The translations under genes and the position numbers were made by a program. A stretch of DNA of 64,000 nucleotides from Escherichia coli (GTDB taxonomy: Bacteria > Pseudomonadota > Gammaproteobacteria > Enterobacterales > Enterobacteriaceae): assembly GCF_003018255.1 (NCBI RefSeq), contig NZ_CP027440.1; one strand, written 5' to 3'. Positions 1-9,830 of this stretch are shown in pieces (position 1 is the stretch's first letter; every line of letters starts with the position of its first letter). Below the pieces are notes generated by a model. That model worked only from the letters and a program-made list of their open reading frames with translations, made no database searches and was not told where the DNA came from.

Positions 1-52
1 TATAGAAAATCAGATACAACAAAAATGGCAGGTAGATGATGTGAAGATAAAT

Positions 53-126
53 TGGAGCGGGCGAAGGGAATCGAACCCTCGTATAGAGCTTGGGAAGCTC
101 TCGTTCTACCATTGAACTACGCCCGC
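53..126 (-). tRNA. glyU: tRNA-Gly (anticodon CCC)
   Basis: Reverse complement reads GCGGGCGTAGTTCAATGGTAGAACGAGAGCTTCCCAAGCTCTATACGAGGGTTCGATTCCCTTCGCCCGCTCCA: acceptor stem pairs, T-arm GGTTCGATTCC, anticodon loop CTTCCCAAG, encoded CCA. Confidence 0.9.
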
Positions 127-204
127 TTCGAGATGCGTAAGGCATTATAAACCTTACGCTCTCCTTAGCAAGTGCCGCGCTGCTGACTGCTGATTAATTC
201 GCCA

Positions 205-981
205 TCAGCATTTTGGCTTGCTGCCCTGAGGCGGCAAGTAACGTAGCGGATCAATTGCCGTTGCACGGTAACGAATCTGGAAATGCAGGCGAACCGATGC
301 CGCATCAGTGCTCCCCATAGTGGCGATTTTTTGCCCAGCCTTCACGCTTTGCCCATTATTTACCAGCATCGTGTCATTATGGGCGTAAGCCGTAATGTAA
401 TCTTCACTGTGTTTAATCATGATGAGATTACCGTAGCCACGCAGCTGGTTGCCCACATACACCACCTTTCCTGCACCCGCGGCGTAAATAGGTGTACCCC
501 GTGGAGCTGAGATATCAATCCCTTTATTGCCGCCATCAGCTGTCGAATACGGCATGATAACTTTCCCTGTCGTTGGCCATAACCAACAACGTTGCCCTAC
601 TGGCGGCCAGGAAGATTTCGGTACTGCTGATGACGGTGTAACCGATGCGGTTTTGGTCGTTGATTTGGCGGTTGATTTACGTGTACTACTATTTTTCGCC
701 CCACCCAGTTTTAGTTTCTGACCAACTTCAATGGTGTAAGGGGGGGAAATGCCGTTCAGTCGCGCCAGCTCTTTTACGCTAGTTCCCGTGGTGCGCGAAA
801 TACGATATAGCGTATCCCCCCGTTTCACGGTGTAAACGGAGCCGGAATACGTTCCTGTATCGGATGATTTGCTACCCGAGCAGCCCGCCAAAAGCAGTCC
901 AATCGATAACAACATCACGATACCCAGAGATTTTTTATTCAGGCGTCCCGCACTCAAAATCTTTCCTCGCTTAAAAAACAA
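205..981 (-). CDS. ygeR: LysM-domain / M23-peptidase family lipoprotein
   Basis: ORF 258 aa; lipobox LLAGCSG, LysM-like segment YTVKRGDTLYRISRTTG, C-terminal M23-like region; exact start uncertain (K-12 protein recalled as slightly shorter). Confidence 0.8.
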   Translation of the reverse strand: MFFKRGKILSAGRLNKKSLGIVMLLSIGLLLAGCSGSKSSDTGTYSGSVYTVKRGDTLYRISRTTGTSVKELARLNGISPPYTIEVGQKLKLGGAKNSSTRKSTAKSTTKTASVTPSSAVPKSSWPPVGQRCWLWPTTGKVIMPYSTADGGNKGIDISAPRGTPIYAAGAGKVVYVGNQLRGYGNLIMIKHSEDYITAYAHNDTMLVNNGQSVKAGQKIATMGSTDAASVRLHFQIRYRATAIDPLRYLPPQGSKPKC

Positions 982-1411
982 GACGCCATATCATAGCAGC
1001 CAGCCTCTTGATACCCAATCTCTTGCTTCTGGAAAAACGCGGTAATAGAGAAAGAGGTTAATTTCATTTGGCAAAGGGAAGTATCATCAGCAAAATATTC
1101 ACTGTAGATGTATCGAATTTTCTGACTCATTTACCCTATTTCCCATCCTGATGCGTAATAATCCCAATTTATCACATTGATTTTATCGCCACTCATATTG
1201 ATACGTATCACTGCCCCTATTCAGGGTCCTGTTTCGTATCATATCTGTGTTTTTTTAACATCATCACACTTCCTTCCTCCCTTAACGCTTATCGTCGTTT
1301 CTGGCGTAAATCTTGCCTGCTTAGACTAAATCTTTGCCATAAGAACCAAATGTTCAAATCGAGGGGATTTCTATGGAAGCGCGGGAAGCAACCGCTACAG
1401 GTGAATCATGC

Positions 1412-3670
1412 ATGCGCGTAGATGCCATTGCTAAGGTCACCGGGCGGGCACGATATACTGACGATTATGTTATGGCGGGCATGTGTTACGCGAAATATGT
1501 ACGTAGCCCTATCGCACATGGTTATGCCATAAGTATTAATGATGAACAAGCCAGAAGTTTACCGGGCGTACTGGCGATTTTTACCTGGGAAGATGTGCCT
1601 GATATCCCATTCGCTACAGCTGGGCATGCCTGGACACTTGACGAAAACAAGCGCGATACCGCCGATCGCGCACTGCTAACTCGCCATGTTCGTCATCATG
1701 GTGACGCCGTTGCCATCGTCGTGGCCCGTGATGAACTCACGGCAGAAAAAGCGGCGCAATTGGTCAGCATTGAGTGGCAAGAATTACCCGTTATCACCAC
1801 GCCAGAAGCGGCGCTGGCAGATGACGCTGCACCAATCCATAACGGCGGCAATTTACTAAAACAAAGCTCGATGTCGACGGGTAATGTCCAACAAACAATC
1901 GATGCCGCCGATTACCAGGTGCAGGGGCACTATCAGACTCCCGTTATTCAACATTGTCATATGGAAAGCGTGACATCGCTGGCATGGATGGAGGATGACT
2001 CGCGAATTACCATCGTTTCCAGCACCCAGATCCCGCACATTGTTCGCCGTGTGGTTGGTCAGGCGCTGAATATTCCCTGGTCATGCGTACGAGTCATCAA
2101 ACCGTTTGTCGGTGGCGGTTTTGGTAATAAACAGGATGTACTGGAAGAGCCAATGGCGGCATTCCTGACCAGCAAGCTTGGCGGCATTCCGGTGAAAGTT
2201 TCCCTTAGCCGTGAAGAGTGTTTCCTCGCAACCCGTACCCGCCACGCTTTTACTATTGACGGGCAAATGGGCGTGAACCGCGACGGAACATTGAAAGGTT
2301 ATAGTCTGGATGTTCTGTCTAACACCGGCGCTTATGCATCTCACGGGCACTCCATCGCTTCTGCGGGCGGAAATAAAGTCGCTTACCTTTATCCTCGTTG
2401 TGCCTACGCTTACAGTTCAAAGACCTGCTATACCAACCTCCCCTCGGCTGGTGCGATGCGTGGTTATGGCGCGCCACAAGTCGTATTTGCCGTTGAGTCT
2501 ATGCTTGATGACGCCGCGACAGCGTTAGGTATTGATCCTGTTGAAATTCGTTTACGCAACGCCGCCCGCGAAGGAGATGCTAATCCGCTCACGGGCAAAC
2601 GTATTTACAGCGCAGGGTTGCCGGAGTGTCTTGAAAAAGGCCGGAAAATCTTTGAATGGGAAAAACGCCGTGCAGAGTGCCAGAACCAGCAAGGCAATTT
2701 ACGCCGCGGCGTTGGCGTCGCCTGTTTTAGCTACACCTCTAACACCTGGCCTGTCGGCGTAGAAATAGCAGGCGCGCGCCTGTTGATGAATCAGGATGGA
2801 ACCATCAACGTGCAAAGCGGCGCGACAGAAATCGGTCAGGGGGCCGACACCGTCTTCTCGCAAATGGTAGCAGAAACCGTGGGGGTTCCGGTCAGCGACG
2901 TTCGCGTTATTTCAACCCAAGATACCGACGTTACGCCGTTCGATCCCGGTGCATTTGCCTCACGCCAGAGCTATGTTGCCGCGCCTGCGCTGCGCAGTGC
3001 GGCACTGTTATTAAAGGAGAAAATCATCGCTCATGCCGCTGTCATGCTACATCAGTCAGCGATGAATCTTACCCTGATAAAAGGCCATATCGTGCTGGTT
3101 GAACGACCGGAAGAGCCATTAATGTCGTTAAAAGATTTGGCGATGGACGCCTTCTACCACCCTGAACGCGGCGGGCAGCTCTCTGCCGAAAGCTCCATCA
3201 AAACCACCACTAACCCACCAGCGTTTGGCTGTACCTTTGTTGATCTGACGGTCGATATTGCGCTGTGTAAAGTCACCATCAACCGCATCCTCAACGTTCA
3301 TGATTCGGGCCATATTCTTAATCCGCTACTGGCAGAAGGTCAGGTACACGGCGGAATGGGAATGGGCATTGGCTGGGCGCTATTTGAAGAGATGATCATT
3401 GATGCGAAAAGCGGCGTGGTCCGTAACCCCAATCTGCTGGATTACAAAATGCCGACCATGCCGGATCTGCCACAACTGGAAAGCGCGTTCGTCGAAATCA
3501 ATGAGCCGCAATCCGCATACGGACATAAGTCACTGGGTGAGCCACCAATAATTCCTGTTGCCGCTGCTATTCGTAACGCGGTGAAGATGGCTACCGGTGT
3601 TGCAATCAATACACTGCCGCTGACGCCAAAACGGTTATATGAAGAGTTCCATCTGGCAGGATTGATTTGA
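1412..3670 (+). CDS. xdhA: xanthine dehydrogenase, molybdenum-binding large subunit
   Basis: ORF in track 1373..3670; start trimmed to Met giving 752 aa (MRVDAIAKVTGRARY...), the length I recall for K-12 XdhA; aldehyde oxidase/xanthine dehydrogenase family. Confidence 0.9.
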   Translation: MRVDAIAKVTGRARYTDDYVMAGMCYAKYVRSPIAHGYAISINDEQARSLPGVLAIFTWEDVPDIPFATAGHAWTLDENKRDTADRALLTRHVRHHGDAVAIVVARDELTAEKAAQLVSIEWQELPVITTPEAALADDAAPIHNGGNLLKQSSMSTGNVQQTIDAADYQVQGHYQTPVIQHCHMESVTSLAWMEDDSRITIVSSTQIPHIVRRVVGQALNIPWSCVRVIKPFVGGGFGNKQDVLEEPMAAFLTSKLGGIPVKVSLSREECFLATRTRHAFTIDGQMGVNRDGTLKGYSLDVLSNTGAYASHGHSIASAGGNKVAYLYPRCAYAYSSKTCYTNLPSAGAMRGYGAPQVVFAVESMLDDAATALGIDPVEIRLRNAAREGDANPLTGKRIYSAGLPECLEKGRKIFEWEKRRAECQNQQGNLRRGVGVACFSYTSNTWPVGVEIAGARLLMNQDGTINVQSGATEIGQGADTVFSQMVAETVGVPVSDVRVISTQDTDVTPFDPGAFASRQSYVAAPALRSAALLLKEKIIAHAAVMLHQSAMNLTLIKGHIVLVERPEEPLMSLKDLAMDAFYHPERGGQLSAESSIKTTTNPPAFGCTFVDLTVDIALCKVTINRILNVHDSGHILNPLLAEGQVHGGMGMGIGWALFEEMIIDAKSGVVRNPNLLDYKMPTMPDLPQLESAFVEINEPQSAYGHKSLGEPPIIPVAAAIRNAVKMATGVAINTLPLTPKRLYEEFHLAGLI

Positions 3671-3680
3671 GGATAACATC

Positions 3681-4559
3681 ATGTTTGATTTTGCTTCTTA
3701 CCATCGCGCAGCAACCCTTGCCGATGCCATCAACCTGCTGGCTGACAACCCGCAGGCCAAACTGCTCGCCGGTGGCACTGACGTACTGATTCAGCTCCAC
3801 CATCACAATGACCGTTATCGCCATATTGTTGATATTCATAATCTGGCGGAGCTGCGGGGAATTACGCTGGCGGAAGATGGCTCACTACGTATCGGCTCTG
3901 CAACGACATTTACCCAGCTCATTGAAGATCCTGTAACTCAACGTCATCTCCCGGCGTTATGTGCTGCGGCCTCATCCATTGCCGGACCGCAGATCCGTAA
4001 CGTCGCTACCTACGGTGGAAATATTTGCAACGGTGCCACCAGCGCAGATTCTGCCACGCCAACGCTAATTTATGACGCGAAACTGGAGATCCACTCCCCG
4101 CGCGGTGTTCGTTTCGTCCCGATTAATGGCTTTCACACCGGGCCGGGCAAAGTGTCTCTTGAGCATGACGAAATCCTTGTCGCCTTTCATTTTCCGCCCC
4201 AGCCGAAAGAACACGCGGGCAGCGCGCATTTTAAATATGCCATGCGCGACGCAATGGATATTTCAACGATTGGCTGCGCCGCACATTGCCAACTGGATAA
4301 CGGCAATTTCAGCGAATTACGCCTGGCATTTGGTGTTGCCGCGCCAACGCCAATTCGCTGCCAACATGCCGAACAGACTGCACAAAATGCGCCATTAAAC
4401 CTGCAAACGCTGGAAGCCATCAGCGAATCAGTCCTGCAAGATGTCGCCCCGCGTTCGTCATGGCGGGCCAGTAAAGAGTTTCGTCTGCATCTCATCCAGA
4501 CGATGACCAAAAAAGTGATTAGCGAAGCCGTCGCCGCGGCGGGGGGAAAATTGCAATGA
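3681..4559 (+). CDS. xdhB: xanthine dehydrogenase, FAD-binding subunit
   Basis: 292 aa ORF directly downstream of xdhA; CO dehydrogenase flavoprotein-like; stop overlaps xdhC start (ATGA). Confidence 0.9.
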   Translation: MFDFASYHRAATLADAINLLADNPQAKLLAGGTDVLIQLHHHNDRYRHIVDIHNLAELRGITLAEDGSLRIGSATTFTQLIEDPVTQRHLPALCAAASSIAGPQIRNVATYGGNICNGATSADSATPTLIYDAKLEIHSPRGVRFVPINGFHTGPGKVSLEHDEILVAFHFPPQPKEHAGSAHFKYAMRDAMDISTIGCAAHCQLDNGNFSELRLAFGVAAPTPIRCQHAEQTAQNAPLNLQTLEAISESVLQDVAPRSSWRASKEFRLHLIQTMTKKVISEAVAAAGGKLQ

Positions 4560-5035
4560 ATCACAGCGAAACAATTACCATCGAATGCACCATTAACGGG
4601 ATACCTTTTCAGCTTCACGCCGCACCAGGCACGCCGCTCTCGGAATTACTCCGCGAACAAGGACTGCTAAGTGTCAAACAAGGGTGCTGCGTGGGTGAAT
4701 GTGGTGCCTGTACGGTGCTGGTCGACGGCACAGCAATAGACAGTTGCTTATACCTTGCCGCCTGGGCTGAAGGAAAAGAGATCCGCACGCTGGAAGGTGA
4801 AGCGAAAGGCGGAAAACTTTCTCATGTTCAGCAGGCTTATGCGAAATCCGGCGCAGTGCAGTGCGGGTTTTGTACGCCGGGCCTGATTATGGCTACCACG
4901 GCAATGCTGGCGAAACCACGCGAGAAGCCATTAACCATTACGGAAATTCGTCGTGGACTGGCGGGAAATCTTTGTCGCTGCACGGGGTATCAGATGATTG
5001 TAAATACAGTTCTGGATTGCGAGAAAACGAAGTAA
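4556..5035 (+). CDS. xdhC: xanthine dehydrogenase, [2Fe-2S] iron-sulfur subunit
   Basis: 159 aa; 2Fe-2S cysteine motifs [11 protein letters not shown] and CGFCTPG. Confidence 0.9.
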   Translation: MNHSETITIECTINGIPFQLHAAPGTPLSELLREQGLLSVKQGCCVGECGACTVLVDGTAIDSCLYLAAWAEGKEIRTLEGEAKGGKLSHVQQAYAKSGAVQCGFCTPGLIMATTAMLAKPREKPLTITEIRRGLAGNLCRCTGYQMIVNTVLDCEKTK

Positions 5036-5041
5036 AAGGAT

Positions 5042-5065
5042 ATCCGGCCTGAATTCAGGCCGGAT
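5042..5065. terminator. perfect hairpin between convergent xdhC and ygeV (likely bidirectional terminator)
   Basis: ATCCGGCCTGAATTCAGGCCGGAT is a perfect palindrome between the two convergent stops. Confidence 0.55.
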
Positions 5066-5074
5066 TCACTGAGG

Positions 5075-6853
5075 TTATGTGTTTAACAACTCATATTTCT
5101 TAATCTTGCGATAGAGCGTAGCAATGCCGATGCCCAGTTCATCAGCAACTTCCTTCTTGCTGTTATGACGTGAAAGCGCCTCGCGGATCATTTGCTTTTC
5201 CATCTCCTCCAGCGCCGTGCCGCCCGCATCATCGAGTGCCAGGTGCGCCTCACTGACCTCTGTTACATCACTTTGCTCCGTTGTGCCATTATTCAGCAGA
5301 TTTGGCGGCAATAGCGTGCTGTCGATAACTTCACCTGAAGGAACCACGTTAACCAGATATTCCATCAAATTGCTTAACTCGCGCAGGTTTCCGGGCCAAC
5401 GATGCTTACGCAATATTTCGACGACATCGGGAGCAATGCCCGGATAAACCGATCCCAGACGACGGGTATGCAGATGTAAAAAGTAATGCACCAGTAGTTC
5501 AATATCTTCCTGACGTTCACGCAGCGGTGGCAGAGTTATCGGGATAACATTAAGTCGGTAGAAGAGATCTTCGCGGAATTTACCTTCGGAAATGAACTGG
5601 GCCAAATTCTGGTTAGTTGCAGAAATGATGCGAATGTCGACTTGTATTGGGCTACTGGCACCAATCGGCAGAATTTCACGTGCCTCAATAGCGCGCAGTA
5701 ATTTAGCCTGCAACATTAATGGCATATCACCTATTTCATCGAGAAACAGCGTGCCCGTATTCGCCGCCTGAATCAACCCTGTTTTACCGTTGGCAGAAGC
5801 GCCAGTAAATGCGCCTTTAACATAACCGAACAGTTCGCTCTCCAGAAGCTGCTCCGGAATCGCGGCACAGTTGATAGCAATAAAAGGTTTATTCCGTCTT
5901 CCGCTCAACTTATGGATTGCACGGGCGACGACTTCTTTACCCGTGCCGCTTTCGCCAACCACCATAACGCTGGATGGGCTGGGTGCAATACGGCTAATGA
6001 GTCGTTTTAATTGCCGCATAACACGGCACTCGCCAACCAATTGTTCAATATGCGGTTCATCAGGTGCATTTGCTACAGAAAAACTGGTATGCGATTGGTG
6101 AAACGCCATTAAAAATAATTGTCGGCCCTGAATGTTATGCAATTGACCAATGATTAATTCACTTTTATCGTCCCACGAAACAATATGCTGCATATGTCCA
6201 TGGGTAAAATTACTCTCAAATGTTAATGGTCTGAAACGAACAGGTTTCCCAATAATATTATTTTGCACAACACCGAGTGTTTTTAAGGCAGTCTGATTAA
6301 CAAACTGAACCCGATTTTCGTCATCAACAACTAAAACGCCCTGATCCATATTATCGATCATGGTCGCGAATATTTTACTGATGTTATCTCCTGGCCCCTG
6401 ATCCTCCAGAAGTTTCGAAACAAAAATGGTGGATATATGGCGAACGTAATCAGAAAATTCGCGTAAATTATCACTGATATGTTCTTGTTGCTCGTGGGTA
6501 ACGGCAATCAAACTTATCACCCCAACACAACGATCCTGTAAAATGACAGGCGTACCCAGAAATGCTTTTTCGCGGCAATTTTCTTTACTATCGCAACCTT
6601 CACAAAGGGGATCGAAGCGAGACTGTGTCACAACTTTTTCAGTTTTCGTTTCCAGGACGTGGCGGAGCAGGCGTGAGTTGCCGCTCAACTGGCGACCAAG
6701 AAACTTCCCATACGCGCCCGTTCCGGCGACGCGACACAAGTTTTCATCAACGATCTCAACCTCAAGCTGCAAAACGCTGGCAAGCATTCTGGCAAAACGC
6801 TGAATTGTCGGTTGAATTTGCATCAATACTGACTGCGTAGTAGCAAGCTCCAT
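5075..6853 (-). CDS. ygeV: sigma-54-dependent transcriptional activator (bacterial enhancer-binding protein)
   Basis: 592 aa; Walker A GESGTGKE, sigma-54 contact motif GAFTGA, C-terminal HTH (IATLYRKIKKY), N-terminal sensory region. Confidence 0.9.
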   Translation of the reverse strand: MELATTQSVLMQIQPTIQRFARMLASVLQLEVEIVDENLCRVAGTGAYGKFLGRQLSGNSRLLRHVLETKTEKVVTQSRFDPLCEGCDSKENCREKAFLGTPVILQDRCVGVISLIAVTHEQQEHISDNLREFSDYVRHISTIFVSKLLEDQGPGDNISKIFATMIDNMDQGVLVVDDENRVQFVNQTALKTLGVVQNNIIGKPVRFRPLTFESNFTHGHMQHIVSWDDKSELIIGQLHNIQGRQLFLMAFHQSHTSFSVANAPDEPHIEQLVGECRVMRQLKRLISRIAPSPSSVMVVGESGTGKEVVARAIHKLSGRRNKPFIAINCAAIPEQLLESELFGYVKGAFTGASANGKTGLIQAANTGTLFLDEIGDMPLMLQAKLLRAIEAREILPIGASSPIQVDIRIISATNQNLAQFISEGKFREDLFYRLNVIPITLPPLRERQEDIELLVHYFLHLHTRRLGSVYPGIAPDVVEILRKHRWPGNLRELSNLMEYLVNVVPSGEVIDSTLLPPNLLNNGTTEQSDVTEVSEAHLALDDAGGTALEEMEKQMIREALSRHNSKKEVADELGIGIATLYRKIKKYELLNT

Positions 6854-7222
6854 AGCTTTACCTTCCAGACTTACTTAAAAGTCGATCATTGAAGACGTTG
6901 ATGGTTCATAGATCATGATGATATTAACTCAGGCGAAATTGGCTTTGATAAAAACATAAGATTTTTATCACTTTCTAATGAAATTATGGAAGAGATATCA
7001 CATTTCTATATCAATATGAGAATTACGGCGGTGAGTTTATCAAACTGAAGAGAGATCGCCTGTCCCTTTATCTTATTTCTGATACTTAGCAGCAAATAAA
7101 TAACGCGATAAAAAAAGCCAAACGTTTTCGTATTTTACAAACAACCAGAAGCTGGCATCAATTTGTGATCAACCCCACACATTATCCGTCAAATTAGTCT
7201 TTTGCAGCCCCGTGGATAATTC

Positions 7223-7238
7223 TGGCACACTTATTGTT
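7223..7238 (+). promoter_or_regulatory. candidate sigma-54 -24/-12 promoter upstream of ygeW
   Basis: TGGCACacttaTTGTT: exact -24 TGGCAC, correct spacing, -12 TTGT instead of TTGC; about 90 nt upstream of the ygeW ATG. Confidence 0.35.
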
Positions 7239-7328
7239 AGTCCCAGGTATAGCTGTGAAAACACCAATCACGTTGGCAAGTCACAGTGAAATAAACCACT
7301 TTGCCTGTCATTCCACTACCGGGACTTT

Positions 7329-8519
7329 ATGATGAAAACTGTTAATGAGCTGATTAAGGATATCAATTCGCTGACCTCTCACCTTCACGAGAAAGATTTT
7401 TTGTTAACGTGGGAACAGACGCCAGATGAACTGAAACAAGTACTGGACGTTGCCGCAGCATTAAAAGCACTGCGTGCTGAAAACATCTCAACCAAAGTCT
7501 TTAATAGTGGATTAGGTATTTCCGTATTCCGCGACAACTCCACCCGTACCCGCTTCTCTTATGCTTCCGCGCTTAACCTGCTCGGCCTTGCACAGCAAGA
7601 TCTCGACGAAGGCAAATCACAAATCGCTCACGGCGAAACCGTGCGTGAAACCGCCAATATGATCTCCTTCTGCGCCGACGCTATTGGTATTCGCGACGAT
7701 ATGTATCTGGGCGCAGGCAACGCCTATATGCGTGAAGTTGGCGCTGCACTTGATGACGGTTACAAGCAGGGTGTGCTGCCGCAACGTCCGGCTTTAGTGA
7801 ACCTGCAATGCGATATTGACCACCCGACTCAGTCAATGGCTGACCTGGCATGGTTACGTGAACACTTTGGTTCACTGGAAAACCTGAAAGGTAAAAAAAT
7901 CGCCATGACCTGGGCCTACTCCCCAAGCTATGGCAAACCGCTCTCTGTACCACAAGGCATCATCGGTCTGATGACTCGCTTCGGTATGGATGTCACCCTG
8001 GCCCATCCGGAAGGCTACGACCTGATCCCGGATGTCGTTGAAGTCGCTAAAAACAATGCTAAAGCCTCCGGCGGTAGCTTCCGTCAGGTCACCAGCATGG
8101 AAGAAGCCTTCAAAGACGCAGACATCGTTTATCCGAAGTCATGGGCACCTTACAAAGTGATGGAAGAGCGTACTGAATTGCTGCGTGCGAACGATCACGA
8201 AGGCTTAAAAGCACTGGAAAAACAGTGTCTGGCACAGAACGCGCAACACAAAGACTGGCATTGTACTGAAGAGATGATGGAACTGACCCGTGATGGCGAA
8301 GCCCTGTACATGCACTGCCTGCCAGCTGATATCAGCGGCGTATCCTGCAAAGAAGGTGAAGTGACTGAAGGCGTATTCGAAAAATACCGTATCGCTACCT
8401 ACAAAGAAGCCAGCTGGAAGCCTTATATCATCGCCGCGATGATCCTGTCCCGTAAATACGCCAAACCAGGTGCACTGCTCGAGCAACTGCTGAAAGAAGC
8501 GCAAGAACGCGTGAAATAA
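7329..8519 (+). CDS. ygeW: carbamoyltransferase (ornithine/aspartate transcarbamylase fold; recalled as oxamate carbamoyltransferase)
   Basis: 396 aa; carbamoyl-phosphate binding motif STRTR (NSTRTRFSYASA). Confidence 0.85.
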   Translation: MMKTVNELIKDINSLTSHLHEKDFLLTWEQTPDELKQVLDVAAALKALRAENISTKVFNSGLGISVFRDNSTRTRFSYASALNLLGLAQQDLDEGKSQIAHGETVRETANMISFCADAIGIRDDMYLGAGNAYMREVGAALDDGYKQGVLPQRPALVNLQCDIDHPTQSMADLAWLREHFGSLENLKGKKIAMTWAYSPSYGKPLSVPQGIIGLMTRFGMDVTLAHPEGYDLIPDVVEVAKNNAKASGGSFRQVTSMEEAFKDADIVYPKSWAPYKVMEERTELLRANDHEGLKALEKQCLAQNAQHKDWHCTEEMMELTRDGEALYMHCLPADISGVSCKEGEVTEGVFEKYRIATYKEASWKPYIIAAMILSRKYAKPGALLEQLLKEAQERVK

Positions 8520-8525
8520 CCCCTC

Positions 8526-8547
8526 GGGCCGATCAGCTGGTCGGCCC
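8526..8547 (+). terminator. hairpin downstream of ygeW (weak terminator or mRNA stabiliser)
   Basis: GGGCCGA-tcagctgg-TCGGCCC stem-loop right after the ygeW stop; weak T tract. Confidence 0.35.
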
Positions 8548-8576
8548 TCTATTTCCAGAGGCCAAAAGGATAGGAT

Positions 8577-9773
8577 ATGTCCGTTTTCTCATTGAAGATT
8601 GATATCGCCGATAACAAATTTTTCAACGGCGAAACATCACCGCTTTTTTCGCAAAGCCAGGCAAAACTGGCACGCCAGTTCCACCAGAAAATTGCTGGTT
8701 ATCACCCAACACCGCTTTGTGCGCTGGACGATCTCGCAAACCTGTTTGGTGTAAAGAAAATTCTCGTCAAAGACGAATCAAAACGATTCGGTCTGAACGC
8801 CTTCAAAATGCTTGGCGGTGCGTACGCCATCGCTCAATTATTGTGTGAAAAATATCATCTTGATATCGAAACGCTGTCATTTGAGCACCTGAAAAATGCC
8901 ATCGGCGAAAAAATGACTTTCGCGACTACCACCGACGGCAACCACGGGCGCGGTGTGGCATGGGCAGCACAGCAACTCGGACAGAATGCGGTGATTTACA
9001 TGCCGAAAGGTTCTGCTCAGGAACGCGTTGACGCCATTCTAAACCTCGGTGCCGAGTGCATCGTCACGGATATGAACTATGACGATACCGTTCGCCTGAC
9101 CATGCAACACGCGCAGCAGCACGGCTGGGAAGTGGTACAGGACACGGCATGGGAAGGTTACACCAAAATCCCAACCTGGATCATGCAAGGCTACGCAACA
9201 CTGGCGGATGAAGCCGTCGAGCAAATGCGTGAAATGGGCGTCACCCCGACACACGTTCTGCTGCAAGCCGGTGTCGGTGCAATGGCCGGTGGTGTGCTGG
9301 GTTATCTGGTCGACGTCTATAGCCCGCAAAATCTGCACAGCATTATTGTTGAACCTGACAAAGCTGACTGTATTTATCGCTCCGGCGTCAAAGGCGACAT
9401 CGTCAACGTTGGCGGTGATATGGCCACCATCATGGCGGGCCTGGCCTGCGGCGAACCTAACCCACTGGGCTGGGAAATCCTACGTAACTGCGCCACCCAA
9501 TTCATCTCCTGCCAGGACAGCGTTGCCGCATTAGGTATGCGCGTGCTGGGTAATCCGTATGGCAACGACCCGCGCATCATCTCCGGTGAATCCGGCGCTG
9601 TCGGTTTGGGCGTTCTCGCAGCGGTTCATTATCACCCGCAACGTCAAAGCCTGATGGAAAAACTGGCGCTGAACAAAGATGCCGTGGTGCTGGTTATCAG
9701 CACTGAAGGCGACACCGACGTGAAGCACTACCGCGAAGTTGTCTGGGAAGGCAAACACGCTGTAGCACCTTAA
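8577..9773 (+). CDS. ygeX: PLP-dependent 2,3-diaminopropionate ammonia-lyase
   Basis: 398 aa; fold-type II PLP enzyme lysine motif (NAFKMLGGAY). Confidence 0.85.
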   Translation: MSVFSLKIDIADNKFFNGETSPLFSQSQAKLARQFHQKIAGYHPTPLCALDDLANLFGVKKILVKDESKRFGLNAFKMLGGAYAIAQLLCEKYHLDIETLSFEHLKNAIGEKMTFATTTDGNHGRGVAWAAQQLGQNAVIYMPKGSAQERVDAILNLGAECIVTDMNYDDTVRLTMQHAQQHGWEVVQDTAWEGYTKIPTWIMQGYATLADEAVEQMREMGVTPTHVLLQAGVGAMAGGVLGYLVDVYSPQNLHSIIVEPDKADCIYRSGVKGDIVNVGGDMATIMAGLACGEPNPLGWEILRNCATQFISCQDSVAALGMRVLGNPYGNDPRIISGESGAVGLGVLAAVHYHPQRQSLMEKLALNKDAVVLVISTEGDTDVKHYREVVWEGKHAVAP

Positions 9774-9830
9774 TCACCCTATTGGAACTGCTCCCTGCAA
9801 AACGGGGAGTAAAAAATCTGGAGAAAAATA

